From: Octopus vulgaris
Lineage: Eukaryota
Direction: 5' to 3'
Assembly: GCA_951406725.2 (NCBI GenBank)
Contig: OX597843.1
Span: 496,001-560,000, forward strand
Length of the DNA: 64,000 bases
Shown: positions 24,694 through 37,929 of the stretch, piece after piece
Layout: every line of letters starts with the position of its first letter
How positions within the stretch are numbered: the first letter of the stretch is position 1
Notes under the pieces: model-generated
Seen by the model: only the letters and a program-made list of their open reading frames with translations
What the model was told of the DNA's origin: nothing
Database searches by the model: none
Position numbers and translations under genes: made by a program

Positions 24694-25197
24694 CTGTTCT
24701 TATTCTGGCAGCTATGCTCTCAGTGCACCCCCACCCACTGCTACTGACTTGGTCACCTAAGTAACAGAAGCTATCAACAGCCTCTAGCTTACCCCACTGG
24801 CAGTTGATGGAGTCTATTTTCTGTACATTTGTAGTGTTTATTGTACCTGTGCACCTACCACACACAAAAACTATTTTCCTTGTTAAGCATCCTCTGATAT
24901 TTCTGCACCTCTTATGTGTCTATAACCTACACTGGGTACACCTTATGAAATTTCTACCTACACCTTTTCTACAGATTGAGCAGGGTCATCTACCTGAAGG
25001 GGTTAGTGATTTATCTGCTCTTCTACTTACAAAGATTTGGGTTTTTGTTAGATTAAGGCCCTTTGATTCTAGACCTTGCTTCCATGTCTGAAATTTCTTC
25101 TCTAGTTCTAGTAGTGATTTGGCTATAAGAGAAAGGTCATCAGCATAGAGGAGCTCCCAGGGATAGCCAGTCTTAAATTCCTCTGTTATTGCCTGCA
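24694..25197 (-). pseudogene. RTE-clade LINE RT fragment with a PHD finger
   Basis: LLYADDL..GLESKGL, then CSIC..CTQC.L*THKRC..CGRC (C4HC3), then VDSFCYLG; in-frame stops. Confidence 0.85.
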
Positions 25198-25224
25198 TCG
25201 GAAAAAATGCTATCTAATGGCTGG

Positions 25225-25283
25225 ATAACTGAAGATATGGTGGCGTGGATTTCCACCTTGGCATTCGAAACTCGGAGTGTTAT
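25225..25283 (+). ncRNA. Degenerate hammerhead ribozyme
   Basis: ATAA-CTGAAGA-(stem II with ATG/CAT and GTGG/CCAC)-GAAA-CTCGGAG-TG-TTAT; G at the cleavage position and a mismatched 10.1-11.1 pair. Confidence 0.5.
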
Positions 25284-25331
25284 AATGGCTACCGAATAAT
25301 TGTCACATATTACATTTATATATATATACAT

Positions 25332-25560
25332 ACTGGAGTAAACACATAAATGTGAAACAAGGTGGAAAAAAGAGTACTCAAATACCAGTGGTAGAGTAAT
25401 ATGCTTTATTCAAAAGCAGCAGAAAATTCAACAAAACCTGTTACTCTGAGTTTCACGTTCCCGTTCGTCGGACAGTTTTTGCTAGAAAAAACTGTCCGAC
25501 GACGAATGTGAAACTCAGAGTAACATGTTTTGTTGAATTTTCTGCTGCTTTAAATAAAGT
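25332..25560. mobile_element. Second fold-back hammerhead element
   Basis: Same extension and GCTAG centre as the 12931 copy; minus-strand motif at 25438-25475 CTGT-CCGACGA-ACG-GGAA-CGT-GAAA-CTCAGAG-TA-ACAG. Confidence 0.8.
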
Positions 25561-25753
25561 ATATATATATATATATATATATATAATCTGAGTTTGACTC
25601 ACAATCAAGAGTTCATGAGGTCAATTCCTGGACCAGACAGAACATTCACTCCTTGAGCAAGAGAATTCATTTCACACATGAAAAAAAAAAAAAGAAACTA
25701 CAAGTGCATGCATACACACTACTAAAACAAAAAGAAAAGAAAATGAAGAGTAA

Positions 25754-25797
<44 letters not shown>

Positions 25798-26087
25798 GGC
25801 TAAGGAATACAATTATAGATAGGCAGCTTGCAACACCCTCTTACGCCTCCATCCGTCTCTCCTCTCCTCCGTCGAAAGTAAATAAATAAGTGAGATAAGA
25901 AAAATAATAGATGCAGTTTGAAAGAGAGAAAAACGAGAGAAAGAGAAAGAGAAGGGAGATAATGAGAAATACAGAAAGATTGGCAGAGTATTTGTTACTG
26001 GTATCACCTCTTGTGATTATCTTAAGAAAATAAGTAAACAAGAGTTACCTTTCTTTAATTTTGTTTTGCTGCCAGGGTGAACGTGCG

Positions 26088-26124
<37 letters not shown>

Positions 26125-26317
26125 TAAAAGTCCATAACTCAGGAAAAAAATGCACTCATATATCTATCAGTAGGGTGGGTATACAGTACATTTCGATGTG
26201 TGTGTGTGTATATACATACATACATACATATTTACATAGATACATAAATACATATATACATCCATATACAAACGCACACACATACACACACACACACACA
26301 CATACATATATATGCAT

Positions 26318-26720
26318 TCTTTTACTTGTTTCGATCATTTGACTGCGACCGTGCTGGAGCACCGCCTTTAGTCAAACAAAATGACCCCAAGGCTTATTCT
26401 TTGTAAGCCTAGTACTTATTCTATCAGTTCTATTTCTGAACCGCTAAGTCACAGGGACGTAAACACACCAACATTGGTTGTCAAACGATGGTGGGAGAAC
26501 AAACACAGACATACAAATACATACACACACACGCACACACGCACACACACACACACACATATATATATACAACAGGCTTCTTTCAGTTTCTGTCTACCAA
26601 ATCCACTCACAAGGCCTTGGTCAGCCCAAGACTATAGTAGAAGATGCTTGCCCAAGATGCCACACAGTGGGACTGAACCCAGAACCATATGGTTGGGAAG
26701 CAAGCTTCTTACCACACAGT
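26318..26720 (-). mobile_element. SINE family A
   Basis: Reverse complement of the consensus. Confidence 0.88.
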
Positions 26721-26729
26721 CATACACAC

Positions 26730-26770
<41 letters not shown>

Positions 26771-26894
26771 TAGATAGATTCGGATGAATATGGTACTTAA
26801 GTTGAGGCACCAGAATTTAGTATGATATTATCCATATAATTTCAAAATAAGGTGATTAAAATCAAATATCCTTGTTGCTTTGATTATATATATA

Positions 26895-27280
26895 CTAGCA
26901 GTATCGCCCGGCGTTGCTCGGGTTTGTAAGGGAAATAACTATAAAGCATTTTTAGAGAGTTATAGCCAAAAAATAGCAAAAAAATGGGAAAAAAAATGAT
27001 GGTAAATTTTTTTTTGATAGTTAAAAAGGTCGAGTTGCGTCCCCTAGACCATCTGTGGTTTGTGTTTCTGATTGTCGACCCCATGTCGAATTTATCGATC
27101 TTTTTCAGAACTGGGGGAACTTTTCAAAATTTTCGCTGCGTTAGTTTTGAATTATGACATTGGGCTATGCGTGTGTCAAGTTTCATCAGAATCGGTTGAA
27201 AGCCGTGGTCAGGGTGAGGGTACAACCAAACAGACACACAGAAACACACACAGACAAACTGCCGTTTATATAGAGAGAGA
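26895..27280 (-). mobile_element. Non-autonomous Helitron
   Basis: Minus strand starts TCTCTCTCTATATAAACGGCAG and ends CCCGAGCAACGCCGGG-CGATACTG-CTAG at an A/T junction. Confidence 0.82.
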
Positions 27281-27372
27281 TATAGTTGAAATTTATAGAA
27301 AAGCAAAAGATGAAGGTAGATGTATAAAGAACAAGCAAGTGTATTAGTTTGATGCTTAGGAAAATGAAATAG

Positions 27373-27410
27373 CCTTTTATGTTTCGAGCCTATGCTCTTC
27401 AACAGAAAGG
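27373..27410 (-). ncRNA. Degenerate hammerhead (family of the 7751 motif)
   Basis: CTTT-CTGTTGA-A-GAGC-ATAG-GCTC-GAAA-CA-TA-AAAG; A6 is mutated. Confidence 0.45.
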
Positions 27411-27498
27411 AATGAGAGAAAATAAATGGAGAGAGAATTTTTAAAAAAACCTGTAGATTTAGTGGTCAAGCATGGTAAAACACACACACACATGCACA

Positions 27499-27541
<43 letters not shown>

Positions 27542-27713
27542 GTCTGTGTGTGTGTTTGTATACACACACAGGCATATAGATATATGTCCTGTACATATAT
27601 ATATTTATATATGCATGTATATATACATGTAGATGTCGGTACGTACATATATGTTTGTATGTATGCATATATTTTATTTATTACACTATATATATATATA
27701 TACACACACAGAA

Positions 27714-27763
<50 letters not shown>

Positions 27764-28319
27764 GGATGGATGGATAGGTAGATAAATGTGTGTATGGGAA
27801 TATACATGTGTTAGAGAGAGAAGAAAGGGTAAAGACACAGTTTTAAGCAGACATAGCTTTGATTTTACATGATTTTACACTTATACACACGCATATACAA
27901 ACACACACAGTTCATAATCATCATCATCAAGTGAAGAAGAATAATTCTTCCAAAAACAAAACCCAAAAGTGAGAATGAAAAACAAAGTCCACATGGTTAC
28001 TGAATTAAAGATGGTGGCTAACGTAGTTGAGGCCCAGGGCCGGATACACGAACTAAACATTCCAGTTCCAGTTACATACGTTCCAGTTACAACCACCCTG
28101 ACCATTGTTTTGGGTATATATCGAATATTCTTTTTTCACTCTAGGCACAAATTTTGCAGGAGGGGGCCAGTCGATTATATCGACACCAATACACAACTGG
28201 TACTTACTTTATCGACCCCGAAAGGATGAAAGGCAAAGTCAACCTTGGCGGAATTTGAAGTGTATGAAATATTACATTATTCACAGTGTTCTACTCTTTG
28301 TAAAGAGGTTGGGGTGTAA

Positions 28320-29175
28320 GTTGAGATTTGGCTGCTATTTCTAACAAGTCTAACAACTACACATAGGCTCACCATATTAGCTTAAGACACAGCTGTTATT
28401 GTTGTTGTTGTTGTTTAACCCCAAGTAATCCTAATCCAGTAGACCTATGATCAAAAGTGTTCCAACTATGACCATTCCATCTTATACTCAGACATAGTGT
28501 ACCTAGGACTACATTATCCAATGTGTTCCTTGTTTCTTTATTTCGCCCTAGGGCAGCTCTGATTCCTCAAACCTAAAATCAAAGGCATTCCAGTTGCGAC
28601 CATCCTGTCTTTTATTCAGAAATAATGTATCTACAACTCCATTATCTAATATGTCCTTCCTTGTTGGGGTGTCATTGTAAAGATTTGGCTACTATTTCTA
28701 ACAAATAAAATGGCTACATATAGGCCTACCACATCAGTTCAAGAAACAGCTGTTACTGTCGTTGCTTAGCCCCAGGTTAGTTGATCCAGCAGATCTATGA
28801 TCAGAAATGTCCCAGCTCTTGCCATCCTTCTTTTATTGAGCACAATGTATCTAAGGTTACAGTGTCTAATGTGCCCTTCTTTACTGTAGACGTTATTTGG
28901 CCCCTGGTCAGCCCTGTCTCAGCACACCTATGATCATATAATCTAATGTATCTTTACCACTTTATGACCATACAATATAACTTAAGGGAGATTTGGTTGC
29001 TATTTCTAGCATATCTTATGGGACATCGCTTCCCAGCACTTGTTTCTTTGAATTAATTAGGGAGCTTCACATGGCCTTCAACCTACAACAGATAGCTCCC
29101 AAATTGTTCTCAGATCATACCACCTTACTCTTGTAGGGCTACTGGATCATGACTGACCTAGGGTTAAACAAGGGA
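28320..29175 (+). mobile_element. Cluster of old degenerate SINE-like units
   Basis: AGATTTGGCTGCTATTTCTA three times and GACCTATGATCAAAG-like blocks four times. Confidence 0.55.
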
Positions 29176-29239
29176 AACAATCTCTACTTCATTCTACCCC
29201 TACACACACAAATGAATTATCAGAAATATATATATATAT

Positions 29240-29585
29240 TCTTTTACTTGTTTCAGTCATTTGACTGCAGCCATGCTTGAGCACTGCCTTGGGGGATTTT
29301 AGTCGAACAAATGGACACCAGGACTTACCTTTTTACACCTAGTACTTATTTTATCAGTCTCTTTTGCTGAACTGCTATGTTACGGGGACATAAAATACAG
29401 ACACAAAGACACACACATATATATATGTGACAGGCTTCTTTCAGTTTCCGTCTACCAAATCTACTCACAAGGCTTTGGTTGACCCGAGGCTATAGTAGAA
29501 GACACTTGCCCAAAGTACTATGCGGTAGGACTGAACCCGGAACCATGTGGTTACGAAGCAAGCTTCTTACCACATAGCCATGCCA
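29240..29585 (-). mobile_element. SINE family A
   Basis: Reverse complement of the consensus. Confidence 0.85.
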
Positions 29586-29639
<54 letters not shown>

Positions 29640-30084
29640 ACACACACATAGCTAGATGGGGTGAGAGGGAGAGAAAGAGAGAGATAAATAGCGAGACAGA
29701 GAGACAGATCAATAGTCAGAGAGATAGATAGCTGGATGGATGGATGGATGGATGGATAGATAGATAGACAAACAGACAGACATACCGACAGACAGATAGA
29801 TAAACACACAGACATACAGATAGATAGGTAGATAGACAGACAGACAGATAGACAGACAGACAGATAGACAGACAGACAGACAGCCAGAGAGATAGATAGA
29901 TAGATAGACCAACAGATTGACAGCTAGACAAACAAACAGACAGACACATTGATAAAATCCATTAAAGACTCGTGGCATTGGACTAAATATCTTGACTCTC
30001 AGACTTGCAGAGTTCTTTTTATACTAAGTAACCAGACAGTGTTCCGTTCAACCTTTTAAGCTCCGTGAAAAGATGTGAACCTGT

Positions 30085-30751
30085 GTGTATATACACACAT
30101 GTACATACATACATACGTATATATATGTACATGCACACACATTTATAGATATGCACATAGATACGCATATATATACACAAACATATGCACTCTCACACAC
30201 ATATATAAATATTCATACATATACATATATACACTCATACACACACACATAAACACATACACACCCACTCATACATACACACATCTATATACATAAACTC
30301 TCATACACATATACACTCATACACACACACATGAACACATACACACACACTCATACATACACACATCTATATATATATATATATACACACATTTAAACTC
30401 TCATACACATATACACTCATACACACACACACTCATACATACACACATCTATATATATACACACACACACACATAAACTCTCATACACATATACACTGAT
30501 ACACACACACATGAACACATACACACACACTCATACATACACACATCTATATATATACACACACACACAAACTCTCATACACATATACACTCATACACAC
30601 AAACTCATAAACTCTCATACACATATACACGCATATATATACACAAACATATGCACACTCACACACATATATAAATATTCATACATATACATATATACAC
30701 TCATACACACACACATAAACACATACACACACACTCATACATACACACATA

Positions 30752-30797
<46 letters not shown>

Positions 30798-30890
30798 TAT
30801 AAACTCTCATACACATATATACACTCATATACACACACAAATTCACTCACACACACACAAACACACATACATACATATATATACATATAT
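30085..30890. repeat. (CA/TA/CT) compound repeat with duplicated blocks
   Basis: Recurring AAACTCTCATACACATATACACTCATAC. Confidence 0.9.
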
Positions 30891-30930
30891 TATTTACATT
30901 TCATATATTAAAGATAGACTTGGACCTTAC

Positions 30931-31019
30931 CAGGACTTCTTGCTGACAGCTTTCCGTGGTAGGGTACTGTATCGCGGGACCTGGTAAGATGTTCGGAGTT
31001 TGGGTAGATCAGCGGGCAT
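30931..31019 (-). CDS. Candidate first coding exon MPADLPKLRTSYQVPRYSTLPRKAVSKKS(+TG)
   Basis: AAAATG start with an upstream in-frame stop, 89 nt, TG|GTAAGG donor in phase 2, within about 2 kb of repeat-poor DNA. Confidence 0.55.
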
Positions 31020-31480
31020 TTTCTCATCCACCCCTCTCTCCGACGTCCAATGTCCGATATCAATGGTGGAAATGATGATGATGATCAGATTTAAACAAGT
31101 CCGTGTGTCCTGTCCAAGTAATGTCCGCTGTTGCTGCCTTGCCGTTAGTTAGTTATGGCTTGTTCTTTTTGTTGTTTTTTTTTTAACCTTTTCTGGGGTT
31201 TTTTCCCCAAAATTTATTTGTTTTCCTTTACTTATTAAATTCCTTTATCCAGGACCACAATATTACAAAAGATTATTATTCTGATTTAGGACGGAGGAAT
31301 CAAAGATAATCAAAGAATGAAGAAGACAAGGAGAAAGATGTGGTCCGATAATCCACAATGCTTTCGTCCTTCCTTCCTGCCGGAAGAACTTTCCCCTGGT
31401 CAAATCTGTTCCGTTTTCGTCGTTTGTTGTTATCGTTATTACATATAAATTCTTCTCTCTTTCTTTCTTTCTTTTCAGCA

Positions 31481-31514
<34 letters not shown>

Positions 31515-34352
31515 TCTTCACTCCAAAGACAACACACGAAAATTCTCCACCCGCCACGTGAAGAATGAATTCTGAAAAAGGCACCAGAATACTGAAGAAT
31601 CCTTCAAAAGACCTTTTTCAAAAACTAAGGAGAAAATATTAATACAAAAACAAAAACAAATATTTCTCTTCGTTTCACTCTTAATTCTATAACTTTCAGT
31701 CAGGACTGATTCTTATTTTTCTTATTATTCTGTCTGGCGTGTTTTCAATATAATGGACCGTTCCTTCCCTTTAAATATGTGGTCTTATGCCTGCCTAACA
31801 AATTATTATCTTTAAATTCTTCTGTCCAAGACAGGATACCAGGATTCCATGAATCTTATCATGGAAGACAATAATAATAATAATAATAAAAATAAAAGGC
31901 TTCTTTTTGTACCTTCCCTTGAGACCCTTTTTGGATCAGTGTCTGTTTTATTAGTTGCTTATTATTATTATTATAAAATTTTTCACTCCAAAACCTAAAA
32001 TGAGAGATATATTCTGGAACTTTTGCAGTTCAGATTTACTTTCTGTATTGTTTTGGTTATTTTTTTTATTTGTATGTTTACACTAGAAATTATGAATTAC
32101 TAAAATTCTTTGACCCAAGACACTTGGCTAAAAAAGAGAAAAAAAAACCTCAGAAAACTGAAGATATGAAAGAAAAAAACAGTTGACCGACTCAAGTTCT
32201 GAAATTTAGCTTTTTAACTTTTGCATATTAATTATTATTATTATTATTATTATTCATTCCAAGACACAGGATTCGAAAAAGAAAGGAAAAGAAACGAAAC
32301 AATTGTTAAATAATCCAAGGTTTAAGAACGGCGACCGTAATCCCAAATAATTTTCAAAAATCACTTTTTTCCTCCCGAAAGCATTTTTTGGTTTACTAAA
32401 TGTTCATCATCCTCATCATCATCATCATTATTATTATTATAATAATTATTATAATTATTATCATCAAATTCTTAGCTCCAAAATGCAGGGCTCCAAACAG
32501 AAAAAAAATTAATTAAAAAAAAAATCAACAGAGAATGGTAGATTATCCAAAATAGCTTCTCCTTTATTCTTCCTTCTCTCTTTCTGTCATTCCTTTCAAA
32601 AATTCGGTATATCCGTTTTCAGTTCTTCATTTTTTACCAATTATCCACAGTTTGCTGGTTTTCTTTGGGTCTATATATATATATGTTTTTTTTTCTGTCT
32701 TTGTCTTCAAGAATTTTCCGAAAATTATTTGCCCTTCCTTGGATTAAGCACAAAATCACCCAACACCACCACAGATGTAAATAATAATAATAAATAGTAA
32801 TATTGGATCTTTTCCTTTTGATGGACGGAATTTTTTCCACTAAATAATAAAAGTAATTACAGAGACAGACTGGTAAAAACTGTCCCAGACACGGAGGCTT
32901 GTACGTGGTATTTCTTTGCAACACAGTCTGGTGGAAATGGCAGCCAAGTCTATCCTCAGATCATACCCACACACACACACACAAACCCAGAAGTGTTAAG
33001 GGGAGGAAAAAATTAAGGGGGCAGGCGGACAGAAAGACAAACAGACAGATCAGCCTACAATGTCATCATACATATATATGTTTGTGTATATATGTATATA
33101 TATGTGTGTATGTATATATGAATATATATATGGATATATATTATATATATATATGGATATATATATATGTGTGTGTGTATATGGATATATAAATATTTAT
33201 GTATAAAGGCAATAGATGGTTACAGCTGGGAAGCGTGGTGTGGTTCAGTTCCAAAGAGATTCCAATCAGAGCAGAAACAACATGGGACGGTGGGGGGGAA
33301 AAGGATGGTTGTGATGGTGGCGGCGGCGGTCCTTAGCAACAACAACGACAACAACAATGATGACGATGATGACGACAACCACAGCAACAACAGCTAGAAG
33401 CAACAGTGTGTCCAGACAAACTACTGTTGCTGCTCCCTTCGAAAAACTAGGGGGGAGCGGGGAGTAGGGAGCTCCTTTCAGAAAAACCGTTAACTGTACG
33501 GCACTGTACAGGAATATAGTATTTCACAAGCCTCTTCCTCCTCCATCTCTGCCTCCTCCATCTCCGCTTTCTTCTTTTAGCTACTACCTACTACTACTAC
33601 CTACTACTACTGCTACTACTACTACTACCAACACAGCTGCCACCACCACCACCACCACAACTACTACCACCACACCACCACTACCACCACCACCACAACT
33701 ACTACCACCATCACCACCATAACTACTATCACCACCACAACTACTTCTACCACCACCATAACTATTACCACCACCACAACTACTACTACCACCACCACAA
33801 TTACTACCACTACCACAACTACTACCACCACCATCACCACCACAACTACTACCACCATCACCACTACTACTACTATTAATATTGCTACTGCTTCATCCTC
33901 TTCCTCCCCCCCCCCCCCCGTCTTTATTTGTTTATTTATTTATTTATTTATTTATTTGCTGGTGTTTTTGTTGTTGCAGTTCTTGAAAAGGTTTAACTTC
34001 AACATGAATGTTTACAACAACAACAGCAGCAGCCGACAAGAGGGAGAGAGAAAGAGAGACCGGTAAAAATTGCTAGATATAGCAGCCAGATCCCTCTCGT
34101 GCCCTATCATCATTACTGTCTTTAAAACAACCAAAAGAAAGAAAGAAAAGAATTGATCAAAAGAAGGACTCAATACAGGGTGAGAATGTAATCTTAATCT
34201 TTAATCCACTTGATCTGAACACCGAAACAAAAAACAAAAAAGAAAAACAGACAGGATGGTCATAGTTGGAATGTCTTCATTACAGGTTTGCTTCATTAGG
34301 GCTGACTTGGGGCTAAGCAAGAACATTACTACTACTACTACTACTACAGCTG

Positions 34353-34390
<38 letters not shown>

Positions 34391-34611
34391 GCTGCTACTA
34401 CTACTACTACTACTACAATAAGGCTGCAAGATTTATAATCAGAGCCACCACCATCACCACCACCACCACCATACATAACACCACCAGCACTACCACCACC
34501 ACCACCACCACCATACATAACACCACCAGCACTACCACCACCACCACCATCGCTACTATCTTCACAGTTGGATAAACATAGGGAGAGGTTGACTAGCTGA
34601 AATTTTGTTCA

Positions 34612-34675
<64 letters not shown>

Positions 34676-34705
34676 CAAACATATATATTAAATGAGATAT
34701 AAAAC

Positions 34706-34738
<33 letters not shown>

Positions 34739-34977
34739 TATATGAACATTTTTATGCTGATTAGGAATAATGAAGAAGTATATCTACACATGTACAGAGA
34801 TTTATTTCTCTTGTTTCTTCAACCATACATACATACGTACATACACACAGATATCTGGCAGTCAGGAGAGAACTGTGTGGGAGGAGGGGTGGCTGTTCAC
34901 CCTTGATGTAAGGAAAAGGTGATGAGAGGAGCGCAGAAGAAATAGGTGAGTATAACTGTGTCAGTATGCATGTCATT

Positions 34978-35140
34978 AGTGGCTGTGTGGTAAGTAGCTT
35001 GCTTACCAACCACATGGTTCCAGGTTCAGTCCCACTACGTGGCATCTTGGGCAAGTGTCTTCTGCTATAGCCTCGGGCCGACTAAGGCCTTGTGAGTGAA
35101 TTTGGAAGACGGAAACTGAAAGAAGCCTGTCGTATATATG

Positions 35141-35175
<35 letters not shown>

Positions 35176-35380
35176 GTGTGTGTCTGTGTTTGTCCCCCCA
35201 ACATCGCTTGATAACTGATGCTGGTGTGTTTATGTCCCCGTCACTTAGCAGTTCGGCAAAAAGAGACTGATAGAATAAGTACTGGGCTTACAAAGAATAA
35301 GTCCCGGGGTCGATTTGCTCGACTAAAGGCGGTGCTCCAGCATGGCCGCAGTCAAATGACTGAAACAAGTAAAAGAAAAA
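34978..35380 (+). mobile_element. SINE family A
   Basis: Consensus match. Confidence 0.9.
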
Positions 35381-35707
35381 AATATATATATATATATGAA
35401 TGTATGTATACGTGTGAATATGAGCGTGTATATTTCAATACATTTATGTATGTATGTATGTATACATGTATATATAAATACATATATTATGTGCATCCAT
35501 AATGTAATATATATATATGTGTGTATGTGTGTGTAGATACACGTGTCTATATGTATACGTCTCTCTCTCTCATATACATATATATTTTATGTTTTCCAGT
35601 TTCAGCTCTTGAGCTGTGGCCATGCTGGAGCACCGCCAATATATATATATTATATATGTATGTATACATATGTATATATCTCTTTATATACACACATATA
35701 CATACAT

Positions 35708-35743
<36 letters not shown>

Positions 35744-35969
35744 ACAACAACTTTCTTCTATGTGTATATGGAAATAAGGGAGTTTCCAAATATGAATCAT
35801 GAAGCACACACACGTACACATACTCACATGTACACATACACACACACACACTAAGGATAGGCTATTAAAACTGACTTTCCTCCCCAAACTGTTGGAGAGG
35901 TTAATAATGACTGGTGATGACTGATGGTGATTGGGACAGAGTGATGACTCAGAGATGGAGGTGGTGGAG

Positions 35970-36090
35970 GATGGAAGAAGAAGAAGAAGAAGAAGGAGAA
36001 GAAGAAGAAGAAGAATTGGAAGAAGAGGGAGAAGAAGAAGAGGAAGAAGAAGAAGAAGAATTGGAAGAAGGAGAAGAAGAAATGGAAGAA

Positions 36091-36122
<32 letters not shown>

Positions 36123-36197
36123 AGAAGAAGGAAGAAGAGGAAGAAGAGGAAGAAGAAGAAGAAGAAGAGGAAGAAGAAGAAGAATTGGAAGAAGAAG

Positions 36198-36228
<31 letters not shown>

Positions 36229-36390
36229 GGAAGAAGAAGAAGAAGAAGAAGAAGAAGAAGAAGAAGAAGAAGAAAAAGAAGAAGACGAAAAAGAAGAAGA
36301 AGAATTGGAAGAAGAAGAAGAAGAAGAAATGGAAGAAGAAGAAGAATTGGAAGAAGAAGAAAAAGAAGAAGAAGAAGAAAAATAAGAAGG
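35970..36390. repeat. (GAA)n microsatellite
   Basis: Direct reading. Confidence 0.95.
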
Positions 36391-36804
36391 GAGGAAGACA
36401 AAGATGGAAGGGAAAGAGACTGGTTAACAAGTTTGTCTGCTTCAAATGATGAACAACCGTGCAGACAGACAGGTCGGTTGGTCGGTTGGTTGGGGCCTAC
36501 ATCAGGATGTGTGTGTGTGAAGGCAAACAAACAGGAATCTGGGAGAGAGCCAGAAGGCAGAGATGGTGGATGGTGGGGGTCACATAGGAGTGGAACAGAA
36601 TCTCAGTTCTCAGAATCTGCTTGTGCGTGTGTGTGAGTATATATATACATACATACATACATACATACATACATACAGAAATATACACATACATGCATAC
36701 ATATACATAAACACTTAACTGTGTCAATGTAAATGTCTAAGGCACAGAATGCAATAGTTAGTGTATATGTATGTATACACACATATATAATATATATATA
36801 TATA

Positions 36805-36967
36805 GGCGCAGGAGTGGCTGTGGTAAGTAGCTTGTTAACCAACCACATGGTTCCGGGTTCAGTCCCACTGCGTGGCATCTTGGGCAAGTGTCTTCTGCTA
36901 TAGCCCCGGGCTGACCAAAGCCTTTTGAGTGGATTTGGTAGACGGAAACTGAAAGAAGCCTGTCGTA

Positions 36968-37039
<72 letters not shown>

Positions 37040-37247
37040 TGTGTGTCTGTGTTTGTCTCCCTAGTATTGCTTGACAACCAATGCTGGTGTGTTTATTTCC
37101 CCGTCAATTAGCGGTTCAGCAAAAGAGACCAATAGAATAAGTACTGGGCTTACAAAGAATAAGTCCCGGGGTCGATTTGCTTGACTAAAGGCGGTGCTCC
37201 AGCATGGCCGCAGTCAAATGACTGAAACAAGTAAAAGAGTAAAGAGT
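36805..37247 (+). mobile_element. SINE family A, full length
   Basis: Consensus match. Confidence 0.92.
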
Positions 37248-37420
37248 ATATATATGTATATATATATATAAATTGCAGACTACAGCATACAAGTGATCAC
37301 TAAAACACAAATAACTCAACAGTGTCACTTGGCACAGTGCCTCATGAAGGTCACTGCTAGCGCTCATTGCACGTACCACCCCTGTACTCCCATCTGTTGG
37401 CACAATAAAAATCTAGTCCA

Positions 37421-37647
37421 TGAGCTGGCAGAGACGTTAGCACACCGGGTAAAATGCTTACCGGTATTTTGTCTGCCGTTACGTCGTGAGTTCAAATTCC
37501 ACCGAGGTCGACTTTGCCTTTCATCCTTTCGGGGTCGATTAAATAAGTACCAGTTACGCACTGGGGTCGATGTAATCGACTTAATACCTATGTCTGTCCT
37601 TGTTTCTCCCTCTATGTTTAGCCCCTTGTGGGTAATAAAGAAATAGG
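37421..37647 (+). mobile_element. SINE family C
   Basis: GAGCTGGCAGA...GCCTTTCATCCTTTCGGGGTCGATT...AAAGAAATAGG. Confidence 0.85.
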
Positions 37648-37659
37648 TAATGGTAGTGA

Positions 37660-37905
37660 AGCCTGAGAAGACCTGTCAAGCCAAATGAGATCACAGCCAT
37701 GGCCGATGCTGGTGTTTTGTAACTAACGCCTGTGCCGGTGGTATGCAAGAAGCACACACTACACTCTTGGGGTGGTTGGCATTAGGGAGGGCATTCAGCT
37801 GTAGAAATCCTACCAAATCACATTGAAATCTGGTGCAGCTCCCCAGCTCACCACTTTTCAATTAAACCATCCAACCCATGCCAGCATGGAAGACAGATAT
37901 CAAAT
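37660..37905 (+). mobile_element. SINE family B 3' part, degenerate
   Basis: GTTGGCATTAGGGAGGGCATTCAGCTGTAGAAA..ACCCATGCCAGCATGG. Confidence 0.75.
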
Positions 37906-37929
37906 GGTCATATGTATGTATGTATGTAT

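Noticed and set aside
24915-24990. APOBEC-like hypermutation (two TGG codons turned into stops)
   Set aside because: Too few events; ordinary transitions explain them
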